Source: a virus. Taken from it: a DNA stretch of 64,000 nt. The first letter of the stretch is position 1. Each line of letters starts with the position of its first letter. The translations under genes and the position numbers were made by a program. Positions 17,001-26,438 of this stretch are shown in pieces. Where the stretch lies: the IMG/VR virus record IMGVR_UViG_3300045988_135716, positions 64,001 through 128,000 of that record, one strand, 5' to 3'. Under the pieces are notes generated by a model that saw only the letters and a program-made list of their open reading frames with translations, did no database searches and was not told the origin of the DNA.

Positions 17001-17984
17001 TTGAGTCATTTAGTTGAAAATAATAATTCATCTGAGAATGGATTAAGAGTATTAAGTCTATTCGATGGTATATCTTGTGGCAGAATTGCATTGGATAGAG
17101 CTGGATTTAAGGTTAAAGATTATTACGCTTATGAGATTGAACAGAATGCAATCAAGATAAGCAGATATAATTATCCGTCCATTTATCAATGTGGTGATGT
17201 TTTTGATGAAGATTTTAGTAAATATGATGGTATTGATTTGTTAATTGGTGGCAGTCCCTGTACTGAATTTTCAGTAGCAAAGTGTTCTAAAACTGCAAAA
17301 CATAAAAGAGAAGTCGTGCCTGGTGGAGATGGTTGGAAATTGTTTATGCAATATGTAAGAGCGTTACATGAATCGAAACCAAAATATTTTCTATATGAGA
17401 ACAATTATGGCATTGCAGATTCTATACGTGATGCTATCACAAAAGAACTTGGTGTTGAACATGTGCTTTTAGACAGCCAATTAGTTTCAGCTCAAAGACG
17501 TAAGAGATTATATTGGACGAATATTCCAATAAAAGGAGAACCAGAAGATAGAGGAATTTTAGTAAAGGATGTGATTGTAAATGATTCTGAACTAATTAAG
17601 CAGTTTGATGATCGTATTAGAAACACATTAGTCAAATGTGAGAATTACATAAAATATGATTTAAGTGGCAAAGGACATTTTTCTCAGCAAGATAGGATGT
17701 ATTTTCTTAATAATAAAGCACCAACAGTTCCAAGATGTAGAACTGAAACTAAATTTAATGTTTGGTTAGGTGGAGAAACATATAAGAAAACTTGTCCTGT
17801 TGAGATAGAAAGACTTCAAACATTACCAGATGGATATACGGAGTTTGGGTTGAATGAAGATGGAAGCATTGTGAAAATGCCGAAAACAAGAAGATTTGAA
17901 GCTATTGGTAACGGTTGGACTGTTGACATTATAGCTTGGATATTTAGTTTTATGAAGGAGAAACAAGATGCAAATAACAGCTAA
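17001..17984 (+). CDS. DNA (cytosine-5)-methyltransferase
   Basis: Motif I LSLFDGISCG, motif IV GGSPCTEFS, motif VI-like LYENN, QRRKR, motif X IGNGWTV. The TTG start is poorly spaced from the SD, so the start is uncertain. Confidence 0.85.
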   Translation: MSHLVENNNSSENGLRVLSLFDGISCGRIALDRAGFKVKDYYAYEIEQNAIKISRYNYPSIYQCGDVFDEDFSKYDGIDLLIGGSPCTEFSVAKCSKTAKHKREVVPGGDGWKLFMQYVRALHESKPKYFLYENNYGIADSIRDAITKELGVEHVLLDSQLVSAQRRKRLYWTNIPIKGEPEDRGILVKDVIVNDSELIKQFDDRIRNTLVKCENYIKYDLSGKGHFSQQDRMYFLNNKAPTVPRCRTETKFNVWLGGETYKKTCPVEIERLQTLPDGYTEFGLNEDGSIVKMPKTRRFEAIGNGWTVDIIAWIFSFMKEKQDANNS

Positions 17985-18834
17985 AAGCTATTTTAGTGGA
18001 GCAGGAGGAATGGATTTAGGAATAGAGGAATCTGGAATTAACATAATTGAATCGTATGAGATAGATAAAAAGTGTTGCGACACTTTGAGAAAGAATTTCA
18101 AACATCATGTAAATGAGTCAGATATTACACAGATTACAGTTCTCGATCAGAATGATGCGGATGTTTATATTGGTACATTTCCATGTACACGATATTCAAC
18201 CATTGCTGATATTTCAGGTATAAGAACAGGTGATGATTTATTTTTACATTTCTTTAGGCATATTGCTTTAGCACAACCAGAAATGTATGTAGTAGAAAAC
18301 GTTCCTGGAATGCTTAAATTCAAAGTAGTTATGGAAGCATTGACAAAATTACCTGATTATTACGTGAGAGTTGAATGTCCTATTAACGCAAATATGTGGT
18401 TGCCACAAGAAAGAAAACGATTGATTCTAATTGGAAGTAAGAAACCATTTACCAATTTTGATTATCCTGATTCTCAACCATTAAAACTGAAAGATATTAT
18501 CGAAAATGATGCTTCGATTGATATTCCACAATATGTATATAATCGCATTAATGGAAAATATAGAGATAAACCAATTGTTTCAGATCCAGATAATGATGAT
18601 CTTGCTCCAACATGTGTAGCGCATTACGCAAAAGATAAAGGAACAAGATTAATCAAAGATGGAAAGAGAATTAGACCATATACAGTAAGGGAATATGCTA
18701 GACTGCAAGGTTTTCCAGATTGGTTTGAGTTCTGTGGAACAGATAATGATGCTTATAGACAGATTGGTAATGCTGTTGCTGTTCCAATGGGACGTTGGAT
18801 TGGCAAACAGATTGTAAAATATTTTAATTCATAA
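17968..18834 (+). CDS. DNA (cytosine-5)-methyltransferase (second copy, divergent)
   Basis: Motif I YFSGAGGMDLG, motif IV GTFPCTRYS, motif VI VVENVPG, QERKR, motif X IGNAVAVPM; AAGGAG SD. Confidence 0.85.
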   Translation: MQITAKSYFSGAGGMDLGIEESGINIIESYEIDKKCCDTLRKNFKHHVNESDITQITVLDQNDADVYIGTFPCTRYSTIADISGIRTGDDLFLHFFRHIALAQPEMYVVENVPGMLKFKVVMEALTKLPDYYVRVECPINANMWLPQERKRLILIGSKKPFTNFDYPDSQPLKLKDIIENDASIDIPQYVYNRINGKYRDKPIVSDPDNDDLAPTCVAHYAKDKGTRLIKDGKRIRPYTVREYARLQGFPDWFEFCGTDNDAYRQIGNAVAVPMGRWIGKQIVKYFNS

Positions 18835-18855
18835 TAAGAAAAGGAGAAAAACACT

Positions 18856-18981
18856 ATGGGAATTACAAGCAAACAGACAGGGAAATTTAGAGGAATGATG
18901 AGAAAAATTGAAAATGAACAGCTTAAAATTAAAGCTGATTCCGTGAAACGTAAGAAGAAAGAAGATAAGAAAAATGCCTGA
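18856..18981 (+). CDS. small basic protein (41 aa)
   Basis: AAAAGGAG SD; overlaps the next start. Confidence 0.45.
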   Translation: MGITSKQTGKFRGMMRKIENEQLKIKADSVKRKKKEDKKNA

Positions 18982-19168
18982 CATTACAATGTGTTGTAGT
19001 AGTGACTGCCCTAAACGTAGTCATTGCTACAGGGCGCAAGCCAAACCAGACAAATTACAGAGTTATTCAGACTTTTCTGCTGAGTGTTTTCAATACAATT
19101 TCTTGCGATATTGGAGCATGAGTAGGGAATCTGACGAGATGAAAGGGAATAGCGATGAACGACATTAG
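18974..19168 (+). CDS. small Cys-rich protein
   Basis: 64 codons; CCSSDCPKRSHC motif. Confidence 0.55.
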   Translation: MPDITMCCSSDCPKRSHCYRAQAKPDKLQSYSDFSAECFQYNFLRYWSMSRESDEMKGNSDERH

Positions 19169-19316
19169 TCATTGTATAATGGGTGCGTTGATTATTCTAA
19201 ATATGATTGCGGCAAAACGGTACGCTAATCGAAATAAATTAGAATATGTCATTATTTTATGTACAACTTCGATAATTATAACAATATTGATGTGTTGTTT
19301 AGTAATGAATGGTTGA
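19155..19316 (+). CDS. small membrane protein (53 aa)
   Basis: Two hydrophobic segments; overlaps the upstream gene by 14 nt. Confidence 0.45.
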   Translation: MNDISHCIMGALIILNMIAAKRYANRNKLEYVIILCTTSIIITILMCCLVMNG

Positions 19317-19322
19317 TTTCAA

Positions 19323-19505
19323 ATGAGATGGTTAATTAATTATATACGAAGTTGTTTTTGTAAACATGACTGGGAATTAATTTTTGATACTCAAGTACAT
19401 GGTGAAAAATTAGATGGAAGTCCTTATGAATATCCATTATATCGTGTAAAAACATATCGTTGTAAAAAATGTGGAATGGAGAAGAAATATAAAAGTGTTA
19501 AATAA
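19323..19505 (+). CDS. small zinc-ribbon-like protein
   Basis: CFCKHDW...CKKCG motif; 60 codons. Confidence 0.55.
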   Translation: MRWLINYIRSCFCKHDWELIFDTQVHGEKLDGSPYEYPLYRVKTYRCKKCGMEKKYKSVK

Positions 19506-19803
19506 ATTTCCAATAATGCATTTGATTGGTAGTACGAAAATAGAAAATGAACAACAATTCATAGATGCTGAGAAATATTATACTAAAAATGGTTATATAG
19601 TATTTAAACCTGTATTTTTCGGGTTAGATAAAAATGATAAGAGGTTATCTATGTATACCGATATGTGTACACAAAAATTAAATATGTGTGATGTAGTTTG
19701 TGTCGTCACTGAACACATTGGAGAATCTACGAGAAAAAGAATAGAACAAGCAATGGAATCTGGTAAAGAAATTATATATTTTAATTTGGAAAGGAATAAA
19801 TAA
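19471..19803 (+). CDS. hypothetical protein (weak resemblance to DUF4406 / nucleoside deoxyribosyltransferase-like fold)
   Basis: 110-codon ORF. The pattern ..GYIVFKPV...CDVVCVVTEHIGESTRKRIEQAMESGKEIIYF is suggestive only; start uncertain (19471/19495/19516). Confidence 0.5.
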   Translation: MEWRRNIKVLNKFPIMHLIGSTKIENEQQFIDAEKYYTKNGYIVFKPVFFGLDKNDKRLSMYTDMCTQKLNMCDVVCVVTEHIGESTRKRIEQAMESGKEIIYFNLERNK

Positions 19804-19892
19804 TATGATTAAAATTGTTTGTATTGTGAGCTTTGTTTTACTTACATGTGTTGCTATTGGTGCATCGTTTGAATAAAATAACGAGGTGAAGA

Positions 19893-20207
19893 ATGAAGAA
19901 TTATATTCCTTTAAGATCGTCAAAATTATCAAAATACAAACAATATATGTATGTTGATTGTAAGAATTATCTTGCTGATGATTTATTCATAAAAAATAAA
20001 ATCACGGTGAATTTTGAAGGTGATTTCACAAAGGATGACTCTGATTATATTTTTGTATATTGTAAAATAAAAAAGAAAAATCAGGATAAATTCATTAAGG
20101 CTCTTGAAGAATTGAAAAATAAGATGTTAATTATGGGACATTCTGATTATGAATCATTTTGTGAAGAACATATTAACAGAATTTTAAATGATGCAAACAA
20201 TATATAA
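19893..20207 (+). CDS. hypothetical protein
   Basis: GAGGTGA SD; 104 codons. Confidence 0.7.
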   Translation: MKNYIPLRSSKLSKYKQYMYVDCKNYLADDLFIKNKITVNFEGDFTKDDSDYIFVYCKIKKKNQDKFIKALEELKNKMLIMGHSDYESFCEEHINRILNDANNI

Positions 20208-20245
20208 GTTGAAAGAAATCTTTTATTGTATCAAAGGTTACAAAA

Positions 20246-20794
20246 ATGAAAAGACAAAAAGCAAATAAAAAGATCCAAAATATTGTTGGAAATATTTGTT
20301 GCAATTGCGGAAAAACAGATCATATAGAATATCATCATATAGTTCCGTTGTCATTGGGAGGAAATGATATTGAATCAAATATTGTTCCAATATGTCATGT
20401 TTGCCATATGGCAGCTCATCATGGTAGGAATATCAATCATTACTTTGGTTCATTCAATAAAGGTGGAAGACCTTCAATCGCTAATATTGAAGACGATTAT
20501 AATATTTTTGATATGTATATAAATGGTGAAATTGGAAATAGAATGGTAAAACAAATGCTTGGATATTCTGATTCAACACAAATCAAAGATAGATCTGTTT
20601 TTAAAAAATACATAAAATCTAAAGGTATAAGTAGTATAAAAAATATCATAGATGTAGCAGCAACAAATAGATCCGATGGATTAAAAAATGGAGATGTAGT
20701 TGGAGAAATTATATATGAAGATGGTAGGCATGAAGATATTATTTATAAAGATACAGGATATAATCTTGTAGAATACCATCATCGTTGTAGTTGA
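20246..20794 (+). CDS. HNH endonuclease
   Basis: CCNCGKTDHIEYHHIVPLSLGGNDIESNIVPICHVCHMAAHHG is a canonical HNH motif. Confidence 0.85.
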   Translation: MKRQKANKKIQNIVGNICCNCGKTDHIEYHHIVPLSLGGNDIESNIVPICHVCHMAAHHGRNINHYFGSFNKGGRPSIANIEDDYNIFDMYINGEIGNRMVKQMLGYSDSTQIKDRSVFKKYIKSKGISSIKNIIDVAATNRSDGLKNGDVVGEIIYEDGRHEDIIYKDTGYNLVEYHHRCS

Positions 20795-20824
20795 AAAATT
20801 TATTTCATTTTAGAAGGTGATTTG

Positions 20825-21256
20825 ATGATTAATATTCAAGATGTTTCATTATTAAAGATAACGAAAGTGAGAGATTGGTCTATTCTTTTTGACTATGATG
20901 GAAAACATTATTTATTGCATGGAACTGGCGAAAGTGGAGAACCTGATCGACAAGAATTGTACGAGAGAAATCTAAATCAAAATGGAAAATATGATTTAGA
21001 GTATAAAAATGTTTGCTATGGAACTGAATATGTATCAAGAGATTACATTAAAAGTAAGAGCAACAAAACTATTGTTTATAATCAAATTGATAAAGATTTT
21101 TTCGCTTATAAATTGACTAAACGAGGATTTGCGGAAGGTATTATGGAAGATAAAGTACAATATGAAAACGATAGAATAGATAAGATTCAGAAGAAAATTA
21201 GAATATTTGAATATAAAATTTCTGAACTGAGAAGAACAATACAAGATTATATTTAA
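20825..21256 (+). CDS. hypothetical protein
   Basis: ATG 20825 (TTG 20822 is also possible) after GAAGGTGA. Confidence 0.65.
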   Translation: MINIQDVSLLKITKVRDWSILFDYDGKHYLLHGTGESGEPDRQELYERNLNQNGKYDLEYKNVCYGTEYVSRDYIKSKSNKTIVYNQIDKDFFAYKLTKRGFAEGIMEDKVQYENDRIDKIQKKIRIFEYKISELRRTIQDYI

Positions 21257-21281
21257 AATATTTCAAGGAGAGAAATAATAC

Positions 21282-21506
21282 ATGATTAAATATATTTGTG
21301 ACTTATGTGGCAAAGAATCAGGGTATTTAGACAAATATTATATTCCAATGATGTATTCAAATGGCAAATTCAAATCAGTACAATTACATTTATGTGATGA
21401 TTGCTGTAATAGAATTGATTTATTCATACGTGATATAGCATCTAAGAATATAGGGAAAAGACTGGATCAGATGATGAACACAAACGATAAGGATGATCTT
21501 TGGTAG
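21282..21506 (+). CDS. small zinc-finger protein
   Basis: AAGGAGAG SD; CDLCGK...CDDCC motif. Confidence 0.7.
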   Translation: MIKYICDLCGKESGYLDKYYIPMMYSNGKFKSVQLHLCDDCCNRIDLFIRDIASKNIGKRLDQMMNTNDKDDLW

Positions 21507-21520
21507 GAGAAATAAATAAT

Positions 21521-21733
21521 ATGTGGAAAGTAGATTATTACACTTTAGCGGTATGTGAAGATGGCTCTGTAGGAAATGTAAAACAATATAGTGACGTTTG
21601 GTACACAGAATATGGACCTCCAATTTTATTTGATAAATTACAAGAAATTACAGACAAAAGAAAAGGCAAAAATCAATATAAACCTGTAATTTTAAAAATT
21701 GAGTCTGTAGGAGGACATGGTGATATATGTTAG
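21521..21733 (+). CDS. hypothetical protein
   Basis: The ORF opens at 21500; ATG 21521 follows a TAGGAGA SD. Confidence 0.6.
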   Translation: MWKVDYYTLAVCEDGSVGNVKQYSDVWYTEYGPPILFDKLQEITDKRKGKNQYKPVILKIESVGGHGDIC

Positions 21734-22098
21734 ATCATTATGAATGGGAAAGTCAGATATACTTATATCCACCAGATAAAATGAATGATTTGTATTATAA
21801 AGTTTGTTGCTATTGGAATGCAAAAACTGAAATGTATGATTCTATTTTAGCTGACAGTTATCTATATGACTCAGCATATATTTCAAATCCTAAACTTCGT
21901 GGCTATTCTGCCGAATATTCCCGTCAAATATTTTTGTTTTGTCAACACGTACTTATTTGTGAATACAATAAGCCGTTTGATGAAAACTTATGGAAGAATA
22001 TAAATAACAATAGATATACTGCTCGTCAGTGGATGAAAGAATATGAAAGATTAAAGTCTAATGGAGAATTAGATTTTATAGAAAGATATAAACAATAA
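21727..22098 (+). CDS. hypothetical protein
   Basis: 123 codons; overlaps the upstream gene by 7 nt. Confidence 0.65.
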   Translation: MLDHYEWESQIYLYPPDKMNDLYYKVCCYWNAKTEMYDSILADSYLYDSAYISNPKLRGYSAEYSRQIFLFCQHVLICEYNKPFDENLWKNINNNRYTARQWMKEYERLKSNGELDFIERYKQ

Positions 22099-22116
22099 TA
22101 AATAAAAGGAGATTGA

Positions 22117-23480
22117 ATGAACTACGAAGATTTTCTAAAACAAAAGGATTATGTTCTGGAAAGTAGTGGATTTAATATTGATAAAGATAAATTAAATCCC
22201 ATGCTATTTGACTTTCAGAAAGACGTAGTAAGATGGGCATTAGCAAAAGGTAGAGCTTGTATTTTTGCAGAGTGTGGGCTTGGTAAAACGCCAATGCAAT
22301 TATCATGGGCGCATCAAGTACATCTACATACGGGCGGTAAAGTTTTAATTCTTGCACCTCTATCGGTTGCGGATCAGACAAAGAGAGAATCTGAAAAATT
22401 CCATTACAATGCAAAAGTATGTGAGAAACAGGAAGATTGTATTGATGGAATCAACATTACAAACTATGAGAAATTAGACAAATTCGTAGCAAATGAATTT
22501 GTTGGAGTAGTCTTAGACGAGAGTTCAATTCTTAAATCCTACACTGGTAAAGTGAGGACTTCTATTATCGAGAATTTCCAAAATGTTCCCTATAAATTAG
22601 CTTGTACTGCGAACCTGCCCCAAATGATTATATGGAGTTGGGAAATCATTCGGAATTTTGTGGAGTTATGACACGTTCAGAGATGTTATCAATGTTCTTT
22701 GTTCATGATGGTGGTCAAACATCTAAGTGGAGATTAAAAGGTCATGCAAAAGATGTATTTTGGCAATGGATGGCAAGTTGGTCTGTATTTATTGATAATC
22801 CATCAAATTTAGGATATGACGGTACAGATTATGAATTACCTAATTTGAATATTCATGAAATTATAGTTGATGGAGATGAACCAATCACTGAATCACTCAC
22901 ATTAACAGAGCGTAGAAATGCAAGAAAAGATACTCTTGAATTAAGATGTCAAAAAGCAGCAGATTTAGTAAATAATTCAGATGAACAATGGTTAGTCTGG
23001 TGTGATCTTAATGCAGAAGGCGATAGATTGAATGAACTGATTGAAGAAAGTAAAAACGTTCAAGGAAGTGATAAGAATAAATACAAGAGTGAAACAATGC
23101 TATCATTTTCTGATGAAAAATTAAAATGTCTTATCAGCAAGCCACAGCTCGCAGGATATGGCATGAATTGGCAGAATTGCCACAATGTTATTTTTACTGG
23201 ACTTTCTGATAGTTTTGAGCAATATTATCAGGCTGTAAGAAGATGTTGGCGTTTTGGTCAGACAAAAGAAGTCAATGTATACATAATCATTTCAGCAAAA
23301 GAAGGTTGTGTAAAAGAGAATATTGAAAGAAAGCAATTAGATTTCATTACTATGAGAGATGCAATGATTAATCTGACTAAAGAAATTACTAAGAAAGAGC
23401 TTAAATCAACGTGTAGGCTTACTACACCATATGAAGCAAATACAACAATGAAATTACCAAATTGGGAGGAATTCAAATAA
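22117..23480 (+). CDS. SNF2/DEAD-like superfamily 2 helicase, reading frame broken by an apparent -1 frameshift near 22612-22616
   Basis: Motif I ECGLGKTPMQ, motif II VVLDESS, motif III region LACTA|N|PAPNDYMELGN split between track ORFs 22117-22671 and 22602-23480. C-terminal motifs GYGMNWQ and AVRRCWRFGQ are present. Confidence 0.75.
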
Positions 23481-24388
23481 TGATGAACGTAATTGATCAA
23501 GCAGTAGCAAATAGATATGCACTTTATCATGGAGACAGTGTAGAAATTACTAAGGAGATTCCAGATAATAGCATTCACTACACTATCTTTTCACCACCAT
23601 TTTCACAGTTATATGTGTACTCTAATTCAGATAGAGATATGGGTAATTGTAAAGGTGATGAAGAATTCTATAATCATTTCAAATATCTTGCAAAAGAATT
23701 ATATAGAATTACAATGCCTGGACGACTTCTGAGTTTTCATTGTATGGATTTACCTCTTATGAAATCAAGAGATGGTGTAATTGGATTAAAAGATTTTCCT
23801 GCGCTCATGCTTAAAATCTTTCAGGATTGTGGATTTATCTATCATAGTAAAGTAACTATTTGGAAGAATCCTGTTACAGAAATGCAAAGAACAAAAGCAC
23901 TTGGGCTTTTACATAAACAGATTAAGAAAGATAGTAGTATGAGTCGTCAAGGACTTCCAGATTATGTGATCACGGTTAGGAAGCCTGGTGATAATCCAGA
24001 ACGAGTTGAACACACAAATGAATCATTTCCTGTTAATGTATGGCAAAATTACGCTTCACCTGTATGGATGGACATTAGGCAGAGTGATACATTACAGAGA
24101 AAATCAGCAAGATCTGAACAGGATGAGAAACATATTTGTCCATTACAGCTTGAAGTAATTCAGAGATGTATTGAATTATGGACGAATCCAAACGATATTG
24201 TGTTTGATCCGTTTGGTGGAATTGGTTCTACTCCATATGTTGCACTTAAATTAGGAAGAAGAGGAATTGCAAGTGAATTAAAAGATAGTTATTTTGAGCA
24301 GTTGAAGAAAAATGTAGAGTCTGTGGCTGCCGAAGAACCAGAATTATTTCCAGTTGGAGAAAAGAGTATTGAGGATGTAGTCGCATAA
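23480..24388 (+). CDS. N4-cytosine / N6-adenine DNA methyltransferase (beta class, N6_N4_Mtase-like)
   Basis: Catalytic SPPF (IFSPPFSQ) lies N-terminal to the SAM-binding DPFGGIGST. TAATG overlap with the helicase; GGGAGGA SD. Confidence 0.8.
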   Translation: MMNVIDQAVANRYALYHGDSVEITKEIPDNSIHYTIFSPPFSQLYVYSNSDRDMGNCKGDEEFYNHFKYLAKELYRITMPGRLLSFHCMDLPLMKSRDGVIGLKDFPALMLKIFQDCGFIYHSKVTIWKNPVTEMQRTKALGLLHKQIKKDSSMSRQGLPDYVITVRKPGDNPERVEHTNESFPVNVWQNYASPVWMDIRQSDTLQRKSARSEQDEKHICPLQLEVIQRCIELWTNPNDIVFDPFGGIGSTPYVALKLGRRGIASELKDSYFEQLKKNVESVAAEEPELFPVGEKSIEDVVA

Positions 24389-24435
24389 GCGGCTATATTC
24401 CTTATACAAAATATAATTTAAAGGAGAACAACACT

Positions 24436-24579
24436 ATGAAAGATTCAGTAAAAGAAACATTAAAAAGACTTGGGATTTCACTAACAAAAGAAACAGATAA
24501 AGGAACTTGTGTGAAAACTTCATATGAATTATTGGAAGAATTAGCAGAAAAGTGGGAAACACAGTTATTAAAAGATTGA
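24436..24579 (+). CDS. small hypothetical protein (47 aa)
   Basis: AAGGAG SD; below the ORF-track cut-off. Confidence 0.45.
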   Translation: MKDSVKETLKRLGISLTKETDKGTCVKTSYELLEELAEKWETQLLKD

Positions 24580-24599
24580 TAGTTTGAAAGGGTGAGAAC

Positions 24600-24809
24600 A
24601 TGAAAACAAGTACCAGATATCAGTGTGAATTTTGTGGAACAGAATATTCAGATAAAAATAAATGTAAACAGTGTGAAGAAAATCATAAAACAAATTTAAA
24701 AATTATAGGAAAAAAATATGTCTCATTCAAAGGAGATAATACTGGATATCCTACAAGAATTGAAGTGGAGTTTGAGAATGGAGAATTTGTGACATATAAA
24801 CGCTATTAG
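24600..24809 (+). CDS. small zinc-ribbon protein
   Basis: CEFCGT...CKQCE motif; GGGTGAG SD. Confidence 0.7.
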   Translation: MKTSTRYQCEFCGTEYSDKNKCKQCEENHKTNLKIIGKKYVSFKGDNTGYPTRIEVEFENGEFVTYKRY

Positions 24810-24810
24810 T

Positions 24811-24826
24811 TGAAACACGAGTTTCA
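24811..24826 (+). repeat. Dispersed palindrome family member (TGAAAC-ACGA-GTTTCA)
   Basis: Perfect palindrome 3 nt before the AGGAG SD of the 24842 gene. Confidence 0.6.
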
Positions 24827-24841
24827 CAGGAGAAATAATTT

Positions 24842-25435
24842 ATGAGTTATATTATTAAATCACCAGATGAACTAAAAGATCCATTCTTATGTTATTGTGT
24901 ATTCCATAGATTTATGGAAGAAGCTGGCGAAGATTATATTGATTACAATGAATGTATTGTAAACGGGACACCATTATTGTTCTGGATGCTTGGCAAAGGA
25001 TATATTTCAGATAAAGAAACAGAAGAAGTATTAAAGAGAAGTAATGGGAGATATATTTATGTTTCAGATATTTTAAAAGACGATGCGATTTTTAAAAAGA
25101 GTTACGGTGACACATCAATTGGATCAGCAAAATCATATAGCATTTTAGCGGAATATATGTGTCAGATTTCAGAATTTAGACAAAGATTATATGATAGTGT
25201 ATATGACAAAGCAACAGGATTTGAGAATTATAAATTTTATAAAGATGAAAATGAAATTAGTCTTGCTTGTATTATCAGTGATGAAAATATGATTGAAAGT
25301 AAATTGTATTCTTTAGAAGAATTAAAAAATATGACAGTATATGAATTTGATGATTTATCATATAAAGATCAGTTTAATGCAGTAAGAAATCTTACTATTA
25401 AAGAAGCCGATGGTATAGAAGAAAAATATAGTTAG
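24842..25435 (+). CDS. hypothetical protein
   Basis: AGGAG SD; 197 codons. Confidence 0.7.
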   Translation: MSYIIKSPDELKDPFLCYCVFHRFMEEAGEDYIDYNECIVNGTPLLFWMLGKGYISDKETEEVLKRSNGRYIYVSDILKDDAIFKKSYGDTSIGSAKSYSILAEYMCQISEFRQRLYDSVYDKATGFENYKFYKDENEISLACIISDENMIESKLYSLEELKNMTVYEFDDLSYKDQFNAVRNLTIKEADGIEEKYS

Positions 25436-25471
25436 TTTAAACACGGTTTTCAAAATTTGTAGGAGAAAAAC

Positions 25472-25780
25472 ATGGTTTTAAAAGATAAATATAATAATAA
25501 ATCATATTATTGCAAACTCACAGAAGACTTAGACCATTGCGCAGGATTTGATAAAAAAGCTTATAAGTATTATGAGCATTATTTACTTGATTATCGAAAT
25601 GTTGATGGGTTTTATAATTTTCCAATTCGTGTTCCTGGTGGTACAGTTGGTGGAATTTGGGTAGACGATCATAATATAATTGTTAATATAAAGATTGATC
25701 GTAATTATGTTGTGAAAACATATTCTGATGAATTGGATGCAATTATAGAGAAATACATTGGTAAGAAGATTGAGCTTTAA
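25472..25780 (+). CDS. hypothetical protein
   Basis: TAGGAG SD; 102 codons. Confidence 0.7.
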   Translation: MVLKDKYNNKSYYCKLTEDLDHCAGFDKKAYKYYEHYLLDYRNVDGFYNFPIRVPGGTVGGIWVDDHNIIVNIKIDRNYVVKTYSDELDAIIEKYIGKKIEL

Positions 25781-25792
25781 GAGGTGAAGTAG

Positions 25793-26233
25793 ATGGAGAG
25801 ATTAACAAAATGGGAAGATGATAGTATCACATATAACGAAAAACGAGAGTTTGAGTGTGGTGAATATTGCGATAGCTGCTCACAGGGTGCAGGAAATTGC
25901 AAAACAGTAGAGAATATGATTAAAAAGCTTGCCACTTATGAAGACTTAGAAGAACAGGGATTGCTTGTGAGATTGCCGTGTAAACTTAAAGATAAACTAT
26001 ATCATTTTTACGGAATAGATCTTGAAGATAATTTTGCAGATGTAATATCAGACGAAATCATAATGGAAGTTGTAGCAACGGAATTTATAATTGATAGTTA
26101 TGAAACCGCAATTAAGTGTATCACTGATTGGAATAGTCCATATGAATATTTGCCAGTGGTAGAGTTTGGTAAAACAGTATTCCTCAATCGTGAAGATGCT
26201 GAAAGAAAATTAAAGGAGTTAGAAAATGAATAA
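25793..26233 (+). CDS. hypothetical protein
   Basis: GAGGTGA SD; 146 codons; Cys cluster CGEYCDSCSQGAGNC. Confidence 0.7.
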   Translation: MERLTKWEDDSITYNEKREFECGEYCDSCSQGAGNCKTVENMIKKLATYEDLEEQGLLVRLPCKLKDKLYHFYGIDLEDNFADVISDEIIMEVVATEFIIDSYETAIKCITDWNSPYEYLPVVEFGKTVFLNREDAERKLKELENE

Positions 26234-26435
26234 TGTGTATCTAGTGATGAGAGAAAAAGATAATGTATTGGTTTCGATTATGCGAAATAAATTAGATGGT
26301 ACATATTCTTTTGTAAATTTAACAAAAGGACACATATGTACTTGTAAATTTAATAGTATTGAAGAAGCGATAAACGATATTCAAACTAAAAAAGAAAATG
26401 ATGAAGTTGTAGATTATTTTAAAGTAGGTGAGTAA
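26226..26435 (+). CDS. hypothetical protein
   Basis: AAGGAG SD; overlaps the upstream gene by 8 nt. Confidence 0.65.
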   Translation: MNNVYLVMREKDNVLVSIMRNKLDGTYSFVNLTKGHICTCKFNSIEEAINDIQTKKENDEVVDYFKVGE

Positions 26436-26438
26436 ATA

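Noticed and set aside
22602-23480. Independent C-terminal helicase gene starting at TTG 22602
   Set aside because: There is no SD, and the 'start' lies in the middle of conserved motif III, which is completed only by joining the two frames. It is treated as one frameshifted gene.
24811-24826. Palindrome family as CcpA cre sites or Rex/CRP-type operators
   Set aside because: The half-sites resemble cre (TGAAAG..CTTTCA), but the spacing is N4 rather than the N2 of cre. The strict plus-strand placement next to SD sites fits a phage-specific signal better than host catabolite control.
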